Below, piece by piece: positions 25,193 to 37,724 of a DNA stretch of 64,000 nucleotides. The position numbers and the translations under genes are program-made. The notes under the pieces were generated by a model. It searched no databases, was not told the DNA's origin, and saw only the letters and a list, made by a program, of their open reading frames with translations. Numbering within the stretch: the stretch's first letter is position 1; every line of letters begins with the position of its first letter. This stretch comes from Paramecium tetraurelia (taxonomy: Eukaryota): assembly GCA_000165425.1 (NCBI GenBank), contig CT868056.1, positions 1 through 64,000 of the forward strand, given 5' to 3'.

Positions 25193-26339
25193 TCAATTAA
25201 GTGCATCAGTCAAAAAATTACTCAAACCTTTCGGGTAGGATTTAAGCTATTCAATCAAAGGTAACTGTTTGCTGTATAAGTTTGCATAATGTTGTATGTG
25301 ATGCTTTTGTAATTTGTATTTCTTTGAACTTTCCAGACTATGTACATCTAAATTTATTTAATCAAGTTATTGGAACCACATCGCAATATCTGAGAACTCA
25401 TGAATTGCTAATATTTAAGATTGAAACTAATCAAGTATTTTGATAACCAAAGATGGTAGGTAGAATATGCCTTCAACAATAATGTAATCCCAGAATCGAA
25501 GACAATGTTGCAATTGGAAATTGTACAAAAAGAGTGTGAGTATGATTTTGGTAAGCCAAAAGGATTCTGGATAGTTGAGTTGGCGATATAAATGTTTGTA
25601 AAGTGAAGGCAAGTGCAGTTGGAGTAGTTTCTGAGTAATGAATTCCAGGAATCCAAGCAACTGAAAATTTGAATCATAATTAAAATAGAGCATGAATTTC
25701 GGATGTGTCAGGAGCGTGACTAGACACTAATAACTATAGTACTCATCGCCACCTGAGACAAGGAGGAGGAACCCAGCTAGGAAATTCATTCCTTGGCAGT
25801 AACCCAGTTTTGGGTAGTAGTTGGAAAGTGCCTGTAGTATGTTATATAGTTGATATTGGCCTATAGTGTAGTCGTCTTGGGTTGATTGAAAGAACGGGTG
25901 GTTGATTAGGGTTCTTTTGATGTCTTTATTGATGAGTTCAGATGATCCTTTGGAATTGAAGGGGTACTCATTTTTCAAGAGGATGGATTTCCAAGCTGCC
26001 CATCTGAGTTTTGAGGGTGGTCCTTGTCTGACGAGGTTGATATAGTGTTGTTTGCTCATGATGTAGTATGTCTTAAGTGATTTTTCTAATGGAAATGTGC
26101 AATGATGGTATCTCTGAATGAGTTCTGATTCAAGGTCGTAATCTTCAAAGTTGGTGGTCTGTAGAATGTTCGTCCCATTCCTGTTATTTGTAATGGTCTG
26201 AGTCTGTGCGATTGAGATATGGTCCGATTTCGTGTTTCTATTGGTATGAATTTCTTTCAGACTAGGTGAATGATGTAGGGGGAATAAGGGGTGGTGTAGT
26301 TTTTTTATGACAACTAGAGAGTAGATTGGATTGACCCAT
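25193..26339 (-). CDS. TBC-domain Rab GTPase-activating protein; apparent +1 frameshift near 26175
   Basis: INKDIKRT (Arg finger), YCQGMNFLAGFLL (Gln finger), WFLTLF-like and RFWD motifs. Start MGQSNLLSSC at 26339 is in a different frame from the TBC body. Confidence 0.85.
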
Positions 26340-26397
26340 TTCAAAATCCTAAATAAGATTTCGCTATTTAAGTTGTAAAGTTTCAAATAAAATATTT

Positions 26398-28825
26398 ATG
26401 TAAAAAATAAGTGATTTGCCAAAGAGACCTGCAAGATCGCAGAGATTGGAACAAATAAGCAGACGTATAAATCTGATTTCTAATCACTTTCCCATTAAGT
26501 TTATCTAGTAAAATCAAGCGATTAATATTTACTCAGTTGATTTTGATCCACCAATAGCAGATGATGCTAGAAAATTGAGAGAAGAAATAGTTAAATTGGC
26601 AACTCGAGATCTGTAGACTTAAAGACTTGAAGAATTCACAGTAATAAACATTGAAATCGTCTTAGTTAAGAGGAAGAAACATCTGGTCATCCATCAATAT
26701 CCAAGATCGTCTCATAGCCACGGTCACCTTCCAAGGCTAAGAATATAGGGTTCTCGTTGAACACAAAAAGGAGTACACTTTGCAAGACCTTTCAGAAACA
26801 ACTGTCAATCCAGTCACTTAATCAATCAACGTAGCAGTCAAAAGATCGTTAAGAGAAATGGGCATGATTGAAATTGGCAGACAATCCAAGTTTTATGATC
26901 CCAGAGATATTGATTGCAACAGAGTATCAATAAAATACATTCTAGATTAATGAGCATGGATTGAAAGTGTGGAGAGGAGTCAAAACTTCCTTCCAAATGT
27001 ATCAAGGCAAACCTTATCTCCAGATAGATTTCGCATCTAGAGTTCTGAGAGATCAGACGGCCTTGCAATTCATGATGAGTCTCAACACCAGGAATATATA
27101 GGACATTTAAAATGAAATGATTGGATTGAGTGTGTTGGCAGCCTATGGAAATTGTAGAATATATAAAATAGACGAAATCGACTTCACTGTCTCTCCTTTG
27201 CATTCATTTCAATTATAAGATGGGAAGTCTATCACTTATCAAGAGTATTACAAACAGAGATATAATATCTAAATCAGAGATCTCCAACAACCTCTCATAG
27301 TGAATCGAGACAAGAGAAATCAAGATAAGATTATTTACTTGGTGCCTGAATTATTGACTATGACAGGATTGACTGATCGCCAAAGAAGTGATTACAGATG
27401 TATGTAAAGTGTGGCTCAATACACTAAATTGACACCACAACAAAGAGACAATGAGATATATGGATTCTATCAGAATCTAAGAAAGTATCTCAACAAATAG
27501 AACATACAATTGAGTGATGATCAGAATGTAGGTGGTTTTCAACTCCAAGCACCCAGAATTTTTATGGGAAATAAAGAATACTAAACTGATTAGAGTGGAT
27601 TCTTCATGATCAAAGACCCTGTATTCCAAGGATCTCATATTCGAGACTGGTTTATGGTCTATCAATCAAGAGGGAAGAATGATGATGATGATGTTGATTT
27701 TCTAGTCTCAGAACTCTAAAAACAAGGGGATAGAATTGGAATCAGAATTGAGAAACCCTACTATGTTGTGCTTAAAGACAATAACATCTAAAATTGGATG
27801 TAGAGATTGACAGCTGAAATTGGTGACAAACCTCCATAATTGATAGTCACCTTCATTAATGAAAAAGATAAGGATAGAATCTATGGACAGATGAAGAAGT
27901 ATTGTTTTCAGGAACATGGCATCAGTCATCAAAACATTCTTAGCAAATTCTTGAAATCCAAAAATCCTTCTAGTGTTGCTTCCAAAATAGCTTAATAAAT
28001 GAGCATGAAATTAGGTAATCCTCTATGGGCCATTCCTAAGCCAAATGGCATTTCGGATAAAACCATGGTCATTGGCATCGATATCTATCATAAACTATTG
28101 ACTAATCGGAGATCTTGTATGGGATTTGTTGCCTATTTGGAATCAGAATGTCTAAATACATTTGCCAGACCCATCATTATGAAAGAAGGTCAGGAGATGT
28201 GTCATGAAGTAGGAAGAATCACTGTGGAAGCCATCTCTGCTTATTTTGAAAGGAATGGCAAAAAGTATCTGCCTGATACGATCATTGTGTTTAGAGATGG
28301 AGTTGGCAATGCTTAAATTGAAGCACTTAAACAGACTGAAATACTACAAATGAAGAATGCAATAAGGAGTATCAATAAGAATTACAACCCATAATTTGCT
28401 GTTATTATGATCAATAAGAAAATCAATGATCGTTTCTTCATGGTCAATGGTGGTGGCGGGTAAAATCAGTAGAAATAGACACTTTCCAATCCTCCTTCGG
28501 GTAGTGTCATCGCAGACAAGATTACATCATCTAATTTTGACTATTTCATCACTGCTCAATATGTTACTCAGGGTACTTGCACCCCCACTCATTATAGGGT
28601 ATTGGAGAACGATACTAATTGGAGTGAAGAATTGTTCTGGTAATTCACCTATTATCAGTGTTTCAATTATTAGAATTGGACTGGAGCAGTTAGGTATTAA
28701 TTTAATTGTTATTATTTAGAGTGCCTTCTTGTGTGCAATATGCTCATAAGTTAGCTTATTTAATTGGAGACACTTATCAAGGGACCCTTCATAAACGACT
28801 GGCACATTTATAATGTTGTCTATGA
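26398..28825 (+). CDS. PTIWI: Piwi-clade Argonaute (PAZ-MID-PIWI); paralog number not determined
   Basis: PAZ TYQEYYKQRYNIQIRDLQQPLI and YLVPEL; PIWI IGIDIYH, KEGQE, VFRDGVG, QGTCTPTHY, QYAHKLAYL. Three introns (26641-26665, ~26923-26944, ~28694-28719). Confidence 0.95.
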
Positions 28826-28905
28826 CCATTTCTATTTAATTTATATACTTGTTGTATAAATTAAATTTATAAAATTCTCTTATTTAATATATAAATTATC
28901 TTGAA

Positions 28906-29931
28906 ATGTAGCAATATCAAAAAACCTTCATTGTAAAACCAGTAGATCGAAACCTGATAGTTCGATCTACTCTCAAGTTGCCACAAATTAGGTAAGATAT
29001 CCGAATTCATTAGAGCATTGGAATGATGAATATCCCCAATAGATCATCAGAGCATATTCGTAATTCACGCTTACATACCAAAACCAAAACCAGAGACACC
29101 ATTAAGGCTGTTGTTAAGGAACGTCCTCATTTTAAGTAGTTGCCAACTGATAGAACCATGCCTACTTTGCCATCGTTAAATTCTCCCAGGTCTGAAGATG
29201 AGGGAGATTCGACTCATAAAAGTTTGTTTTCCCTCAGAAGAACTGTAATTGATACTCTCTCTTTGCGTCAATCTCGAAGGACTAGTGTGGAGAAGGAACG
29301 GTTCAAGGAGGAGAAGAAAGACGAGAAGAGGGAGGAAAAGAATGAAGAAGAGAGAGCAGATGCCAAACTATCAGGTCGACATTATGTGAAATCGGAGGAG
29401 CAACAAACAGTTCATCAACAACTAAGCAAATCCCACGGTGAACTGAATGAAAATCACATGAATCTAGATGAAGTCTTGGAGGAACCTGTTGAAGAAATAA
29501 GACCCAAGAAGGAATCTCAATCAATCAGACCCAAAAATGAAAGTGTATCTTCACAATTCACCCAAATTACTGATGAAATACATTCAGTGTGGGATAACGT
29601 CGATTTGTATTTGAGAGGAGTGCAATTTGATGAATTTGAATAATAGGCTTAACTGCAATCATTCTTGTAGCTCTACAAAATGAGAAGTGGAGGATTCCCT
29701 GTAAGTTACTCATGATTAAATAAGGGGCTAAAGAGAGAACTTGTCAAATGAAGAAGTTATCAGAAGAGCTGCTGAATATGCGAAAGGCAATCGCCAAGTA
29801 TTCAAGAAATATTTCCCAACTAAACAGGTCGTCTTTGAAAATGAAGAAGATTACACACAATCATATGATGTTAATAGTGATGCTAATTTTTAAAAATTCT
29901 AAAAGTATATTCAGAAATATAATCAATAATG
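28906..29931 (+). CDS. Hypothetical charged/low-complexity protein; 3' exon frame ambiguous
   Basis: MQQYQKTFIVKPVDRNL... through the E/K-rich ORF 29140-29643; intron from 29701. Ends at 29751 or, with a 1-nt correction, at ~29931. Confidence 0.6.
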
Positions 29932-29985
29932 AGAACACTAATGAATTATATCTCATAATCATAATTAACAATATCAATTTATAAC

Positions 29986-32425
29986 TCATAACGAGTACAC
30001 ATGAAATTCCACTCCATCTCCCTTATAAAACTTGTTCTGAAATTCCACCCTTTTTATATAGATACTATAAGTCATACCAATGTAATCTTAGAGAATGCAA
30101 AAAACACTCCATCGTATCCATACACATCAACACTCCAAAACTCACCAAAGCCCAAATCGGATACCTTAACAATGCCTTCCATTACTTAAATAATCTACCC
30201 CTATTATGCTTCCCTCAGTCATCGGACTTGACAAAATCAATGAATAGAACACATCAGCCAACTAAGAATGTGCTAAACTCAATGCCCACAATCTCAAATA
30301 ACTAGCTGTATTAGATATCACTCCCAGAACAAACTCAATTGTTTCTATTGTTTCATGAACTATCAGTTCAGTGAATTCTTCATCTGGACTCAAATCATTG
30401 TGATCATGGGTTTACAACAATGACTTCTCCTGTTGAGTTTCATCTTAAATAGTTTACAGTTGTAATTCAATCACTTGGGATCCTTCTATTGAGGAGGTGC
30501 TATTTTTTATCTTTACATTGTTCTTTCTCTAAAACACTTGATAACCTTTGATTATATGCGAAAACCACATCCAAGGGATGCTGACAACTGCTATAATAAT
30601 TAATATCGACTATATTAATTCTTAGGAATTGACACTCCACATCGATGGCCCCTCTACTGATCCAAAAGATAGAACCATTGTGATCATTGTATTTATGATA
30701 CTTGGAGCATCCTCTGGGCTGAATGACTTCACCCATTTAAATATTATCAAGAAGTCCATGTACCCAATTGTTGCAGTGAGAAAGAGAATCTGAGGCAAGA
30801 ACTTACAACAAAACCCATAAGTATCCTTTTTATTTATGAAGTTACATCCTGATAAACAAATACCTAAACACATGTGAAAATAAGCGATGATAACGCTTAA
30901 TTTCATTTTAAAAGAGTCATCGAATTCTAAGTTATCTCCCCAGGCTGGGTCTAATCCAAATGGATAAGTGCAATCCTTTGGTTTATTCGGAGTCATTTAT
31001 CCATCAACTACATAGCAGGATCCAAAGAGATTTAAGGATAAACTCACGAAATCATTGTAGATCCAACCACTGTAAAAACTGAAAAATCCCATCAATAGAA
31101 TCAAGTATCGAAACTCATGGAAGGGTTCAAATTTATAGAAGATATTATAAATCCCAAATGTTAGTAAACAAAAGCCATGACCAATGTCACCAAACATAAT
31201 TCCAAATAAGAAGGGGAAGGTTATGATAGTAAATAGAGCAGGGTTGATTTCTCGATATCTAGCAATTCCATATGTATTCACTATTTGTTAGAACACTTAA
31301 GTGAATTCATTTAATACAAAATAAGTGGGGGGTGTTGTATGAGGCACCTTTTGGGAGATCTAACAACCTGGAATGTCTCTATTCCTCTCTTTGACAATCA
31401 GAAGAACTTCATTCAATTGGGCACTGTCCTTTTTGGGAATCCACAATTCGCCAAGAAAGAGATTACCTTGCATTTTCAATTTGTTCAATTAAATGTAGAG
31501 TTCTTTCTCCTTAGATATATACATATTATAGTGATCTATGAGTCTGACTCCTTCGGTTTGTTTGAGTAATTCTTGAATAAATGAATTTAATTGTATGTTC
31601 GTTAATTCTATAAGCTTGATAAGACAGCAATAAATACTTATTTGATTTCTTTGAGTTTGGCAGTTAACTCATTTGAAATTTTATCAAATTCTTTGAGATT
31701 GAGCGGGAGACTGAATTTGTTGAGAGACATGGATTCTTGAACCTTTTGGAGTTTCTTCTTCAACATCATCCCTTGATCTGGAAACATTACTATGTAGATG
31801 GCTTTTGAATTTTATAATTTGATATGGACGAATGCATTTCCTTTTGATACTCTGAATACCATCCTTTAAAATCTAAAGAATTAGAGAGTAACTTACTGAT
31901 AGATTTCATCCTATTTCAAGGTGCCTATAAAGTAGTCGATTTTGGAATCTCTGGAAACAAAAAAGTCATCTCCTAAGTATATTCTGCATTCTTGTAAAAT
32001 GTCCAATTAATCGATAATTATGTTCTCTTATTCAAGCAATTGTTCATGATTTCTATTGAGCTCTAAGAACGAATTGACTTTGGAATTGATTTGATCTTCC
32101 AATGTATCCAAATATTGATGGGTGTGTATTTTTGGACACATCTTATTGCTAGTTTTGGCAGAGATTTGAAACTGTTTGAGGATGGTCAATTTCTATGCTG
32201 TTTCTATGAGGAGATTGAGTTTGTTGAGTAAATCATCGCATCTGAATTAGAGGAGGGGATATACCTTTTTATATAGTTTGCAAATGGTCTGGCAATTAGG
32301 GGAATGGAGGGGTCATGATCTATGATTTCCACTTTTCCCATGTACCCCAATTGATCCATGACAGCCCAGGCACTTTCCCGAGGCATGATGAGTTGATACA
32401 ATGACATTTCCTACGATCTTAACAT
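29986..32425 (-). CDS. V-type H+-ATPase V0 subunit a
   Basis: [79 protein letters not shown]. Confidence 0.95.
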
Positions 32426-32493
32426 ATTATAATTAATTATTATAATTCTATTTATTTTGGAGAGAGTGCAGTTGACCACATAATATTATAATA

Positions 32494-35400
32494 ATGTTTG
32501 ATTCAGATAGTATAATTCGAAATAATTTGCCTGATGGCGAATTCAAAGGCCCTATTCATCATCTGCTGAGCAACAGAGTGGTGTTGCAAGAAGGGGACAT
32601 TTAGGGAGGAAGCTTCAATTCTTTTACAGTGCCTGAAAACATTATGTTGCAAAACACTCCTCCTCGGACTCCCAAGAACATGGAGAGATTCAAAACTATG
32701 GGAGGAAGGAAGTCTGAATTCCAATCTGCCTACGAAGGCGAGGAATAAGACTCAGTGAAGGACAGCAAACCTCAATTTCTGAGGTTAATCATAGCAAAAA
32801 GTTTACAGAACAACTTCATCAACAATCTGTGGAATAGATCCTATCTGAGGAAACTTCATCAATTGTCTGCCTATCAAATTGAGTAATTGGACGATTTATA
32901 GTTTGAATCGGATGCCTTTTCAAATATTGGCCATCCAAATCAGAGATCCCTGATTCAAACTCTGGCCTTCTGGAACTTAATTGATGTGTTCACTCCTTAC
33001 AGCAAATTCATCGTCATTTGGGATGTCTTCCAAATTCTTACATATATAATGATCTTTTTTTGGTTACCTTACAAGATCTCATTTGAAATATATTATATAA
33101 GCGAATTATTCAATGGGGATAGTGGCAGCAAAATCATCGAAGTAGTGCTTCTCTCAATTTTGGCACTGGATGTAGTGGTTGGACTCAATTTGGCCTTTAT
33201 TCAGAAGGGATAAATTATCAAGGATCGCAAAAGAGTAATCATCAATTATTTCAATTAATATGCCTTCGTAGATTTGGTAAATATTACATTTTATTTATGG
33301 TCTCGTTATCCACAGTTTCAGCGTAATTCTTTATTCCAGACCTCAGTTCCAAAGACAGCAACATGCTCGTTATTCAAATAGTTCTCGGTGCAATCTTCTA
33401 CATTCTCAGAATTACCAAAATCAACAAAATCTTGGCTCAAATCTAAGAGTAATCATAATTTTATCTAGATTCTTTAACCTCAATGGCTCCCTCAATGACA
33501 TGGTTGGTCTCATGAAATTACTCATGATCATCATATTTATAGCTCACATCTGCGGATGCACTTGGCATGGCATAGCTCATTACACTACCGCTTACTCCTG
33601 GTTGGATGCCTACAATCTAAGAGCCAGAACCAACGGCACACGATACAACTACTCAATTTATTGGGCAACCATGACCATGACCACTGTTGGTTATGGAGAT
33701 ATCACAGCACAAAATGACATCGAATTACTAATCAATAATATCACTATGTTTGTAGCCAGCATAGTTTTTGCATATTCAGTAAATAGCATAGGAATATTCG
33801 TGTCCAATATGTACAAAGGAACAATGGAATACAGTAGATCAGTTACTTTGATTAATACGTTTATGTCTAAGAATAAAATCCAGTTTGATTTGCAAACTAG
33901 AATTAGAAGCTATTTGGAGTACATTTGGTAAGAAGAATAAGAAATGAACGATGACGAAGTTGGATCAATTGTGAAAAAACTGAGTAGACATCTCTAAGAC
34001 GAATTGCAATATCAATTGAGAGGCAACATTCTTAAAAATTGTAAAATTGTCATGAAACTGTTTTCAGAATAATTTCTCAAGAATCTCCTTCAGTGTATGG
34101 AGGAACTGTCATTCAGTCCAGAAGAGAGAATTATTACATGTAATTAATTGGATGATTGTTCCTTGTACATCATTACTAAAGGAGAAGTAGAACTGCTCTT
34201 CTCAGGGAAAAACTAATTAGGAGACATGATAAAGAGAAACTCCATCAAATTTCTCAAGTAATATGAATGTTTTGGGGAAGTAGCATTCTTCACCGGAAAT
34301 CCAAGAACTGCTACAGCCATCTCTAAGGGATTCACTAGAGCATTTAAAATAAAAAGAGAAAATTTCATTGCAATTTTACAATCATTTCCAAATGATTATG
34401 AAAAGTTCTGTGATGCCAGAGATAGATTAATTAACAATGAATTCTCTTCTCTTTAATTAAATTGCTATAGTTGTAATAGTAATAGACATCTTATTAATAA
34501 TTGTCACATTTTGCATTTTTGTGCTGATCAAGAAAAGATAATCAAAAAAGAATTATACCCAGTTGAATAACGCAGGAGCAGAGCCTTCAATAGAATTAAG
34601 AAAACAAAGGCTGTCTGTGCATTTACCATGTAGAAATACTATTCAGGAAGGGCTCACGATTTGATTCAGGATATATATCAACAAGAAAGAGGTGGCACTG
34701 ATCTAGAGGATGGAGATTCACACACTATGCCCATGAATGATGCTTATGAAGATGATGGTACACAGATAATTGTAATTATTAGACTTGCCTTCTTCCATTA
34801 ATCAACAGCGAAGTTAATCAAGAACCATGAGTAAGTTAAGTTCGAAAGCTTAATAATAATAACCATAATAATAAGATGATGAAGATGAAGAATAATATAA
34901 TAAGGGATATCTACGTAAATCATATCCTCCAAGATAGACTGTTTAGACTGCTGGATTTGGAGGTGGCAACACTAAAAATAAAGAAAGTATTGTCTTACTA
35001 TAATTGCTATAGTCACCTGGAATGTAGAGTAATTAAGTGATTCCTTAGATTCATCAGAAGAACAGGACTAAGTCATACCTTTATAACAATAACCACATAA
35101 TTAATCAAAATCAAGTGAATAGAATAATAAATAATAATAACCTTTAAAGCGCCAACTCTCAAGAAGTGGGTCTACAGATGATCCATCTAAGGTCCCAACT
35201 GAAATTCGAGTTGCCAAATAGCAAGCCCTATCGAAAAATCAATCAGATCTTGAAATCAGACATGCCCTTTCGAGGGAATAGGCTAGAAAAATTACAGGCA
35301 GAACCAGAACTCATAATGATGATCCTACGTTGATCACCGATAATTTAACTTAAAATAATGTAGGCCAATTGTAATAAGCTCCCACTATTACTACAATTGT

Positions 35401-35732
35401 CTTGGCTTTTGATAAAATGTGTATCTTTTAATTTTATCAGCCTTTAAATAATTATGATGCTGTAATCAAAAGGTATTAGCTTATTCAATTCATTTAGATT
35501 TGCAAGAGCACAAAAGTTCTTTGGCAAAAAGAGATTATATCCTGAAACCTCTCTGTATTCATTTTATTTTATGGCCATTAAAAAAGGATTTAAACTCAAA
35601 AAATTAGGCTAATCACTCCCTAATGGATTATAGAGATTCTCTACTGGTGCTAAACTTCTAAAAAAAGCAGTAAAAAGAATGAAATAACCTACATTGGCAG
35701 AAAAAAGTGATATTTTTGTTTAAATTAAATGA
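32494..35732 (+). CDS. CNBD-family K+ channel, copy C (most canonical)
   Basis: S4 ILRITKINKI, pore YWATMTMTTVGYGDITAQN, CNBD FGEVAFFTGNPRTATA, CYSCNSNRHLINNC, long Q-rich tail. Confidence 0.93.
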
Positions 35733-36359
35733 ATTATCTAATTTAAATATCATCTCATATTTAATTTATAATTCTATAACATTAAATTGAAATCGGATAG
35801 ATATCTTCTTTATATTAATATCAAAAAATAAGGCTAAATAATCAAAAACAGATTTTCAATACATATTGTATTACTTGAAATTTCTAATTCCAATTTCATC
35901 TTCGTTATAACAACTTAAAATCATTCTATTTATGGCTTGTTCATTTTATTTAGCTTCAGCTATTTGGTATCAATTAAAATATGGTAATCAAGGAATGAGC
36001 TAACTTTTGTAATAATAATTATTCAAGGGTACATTTCGAATGCTTTAAGAAATTATGAATTATTTAATTTAATTAAAACTATTTTATTTTGTATAATTAG
36101 TCATGCATAGGTTGTTATAATAAAATATATTTTTTAATTAAATAAATAATTAATTTTTTCAATACATTAATATTAATTCAAAATTTATTGCGTAAAGGCT
36201 TCTAAAAAAAACAGCTTTAACGAAAAATAAACTAAAACTTTTTGGCAAATTGAAGGATTGAGAACTTTGGTTTTTTGAAAATATTTTAATTAGAAAAATT
36301 TAGATGATTGATTTCAATCTTTTAATCTATTAATAAGAAGATAGCATATATATATTTTA

Positions 36360-37693
36360 TCAGATAAAAATTATTGAATCACCTTGATTTTCTAAACTGA
36401 AAAAACTAAAAAAGGAATCTCCCATTTCAATAATTTCAGTTGGTTCAAATCGACAGACTATATGTCTATTTTCATTTGTAATTCTTAAACATTATTACAG
36501 GGGCATAAATTAAAAAGTTAGAGTATCCCCTTCACTAAATGTAAAATTACCTTTTCTTAATAATTTGTATTTATTCTCATTCCATTCCTTTCTTTTTAAC
36601 TCCCCAAGCTTATTGATAATGAAATCAATTGAATAATGGCATAATGTAGAACAAATACCAATCAATAAATTACCTTTCAGAGTTTGTATTCTCATTCTCC
36701 AAATAAGGCCTTGAATTGCTTGTGTTTTGACTTTGTGATTAATATAAAAGTGAAGAAAATCATTTTTTTATTTTTGTAGATTGAATGATGGACGAATTAA
36801 TTTTGCCTCAACAGCTTAGGTACCAGTAAATTAATAGTTCTAAGTAAACATTGTTTTAAAAGAAAACTAGTGTATAGTATCAAATGAGTCTCCCTTTAAC
36901 ATTTTACAGATTTTTTATTCTAATTATTAGTTTTTCTAATTTAACTCCTCTATCTTTTTATTTAATTGAGCAATTCTATTGTCTTTATTATTAAATTATT
37001 ATTATACACAATCCTAGAATAAGGATAATTATTTACATCAATAGAATGAAGTGAGAATAGTTTCCTTGACATTTTATTGCAACATTTGGGACATTCGATG
37101 ATGACTTATTCACATTAATTTTCGTGCTACTCTAATTCATTTTACAATTATTATAGTCCACAACCAGAACAATTTATTCTTCTGAATGGACATTACAAAA
37201 TATGCTTTTAAAACTACTCATATCCTGGCTTCGTCGGACATTCTTCATATATACAACTCAATTATATTGAGTCTAATAAATTGTGTATTATAGGTATGGA
37301 TGTTTTTTTGAACTGTCTTTTGCATTTTGGGCAATTGGGCAAAGTAGTTTCAATTTAGATTTATTGAGGCATTTCAGAAAAAGAACTAGATTAAGAACTG
37401 TATTATGATCCAGAGCCGGAATCAGGAGCAATAATTAAAGATTAGGAATAGAGTGATTCTTATAGGACTTCATCTCCGGCTTAATCTTGAATCCATTTAT
37501 TGATGCAGACTTCGCAAAATGATTAGAAGCATTTATCCTATCCACAAGCAATTGGTTTCCATAAAATATTTAAACAAATAGGACAAATTAAATGATCAAC
37601 TTCTATCCTTGATTAATAGAGTAAATGTTTAGGAATTCCACTATTTTTTAAGAGTTCCAAGGGATTTAATAAATTACTAGACTCTGTTTACAT
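36360..37693 (-). CDS. RING + TRAF-type zinc fingers + coiled coil + beta-rich (SPRY-like) C-terminal domain; putative E3 ligase
   Basis: CPICLNILWKPIACGQDKCFQSFCEVCI...CPKC; KHILQCPFRRINCSGC...QHENQCEQVIIECPKC. 23-nt intron near 37004-37026. TGA at 36360-36362. Confidence 0.78.
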
Positions 37694-37724
37694 GATAATT
37701 AATAATTATATTATAATTATATAA

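Noticed and set aside
26838..27932. Minus-strand track ORFs inside PIWI (and similar ORFs inside the H+-PPase, TLK and EF-hand genes)
   Set aside because: Antisense or alternative-frame shadows of real genes, with no motifs.
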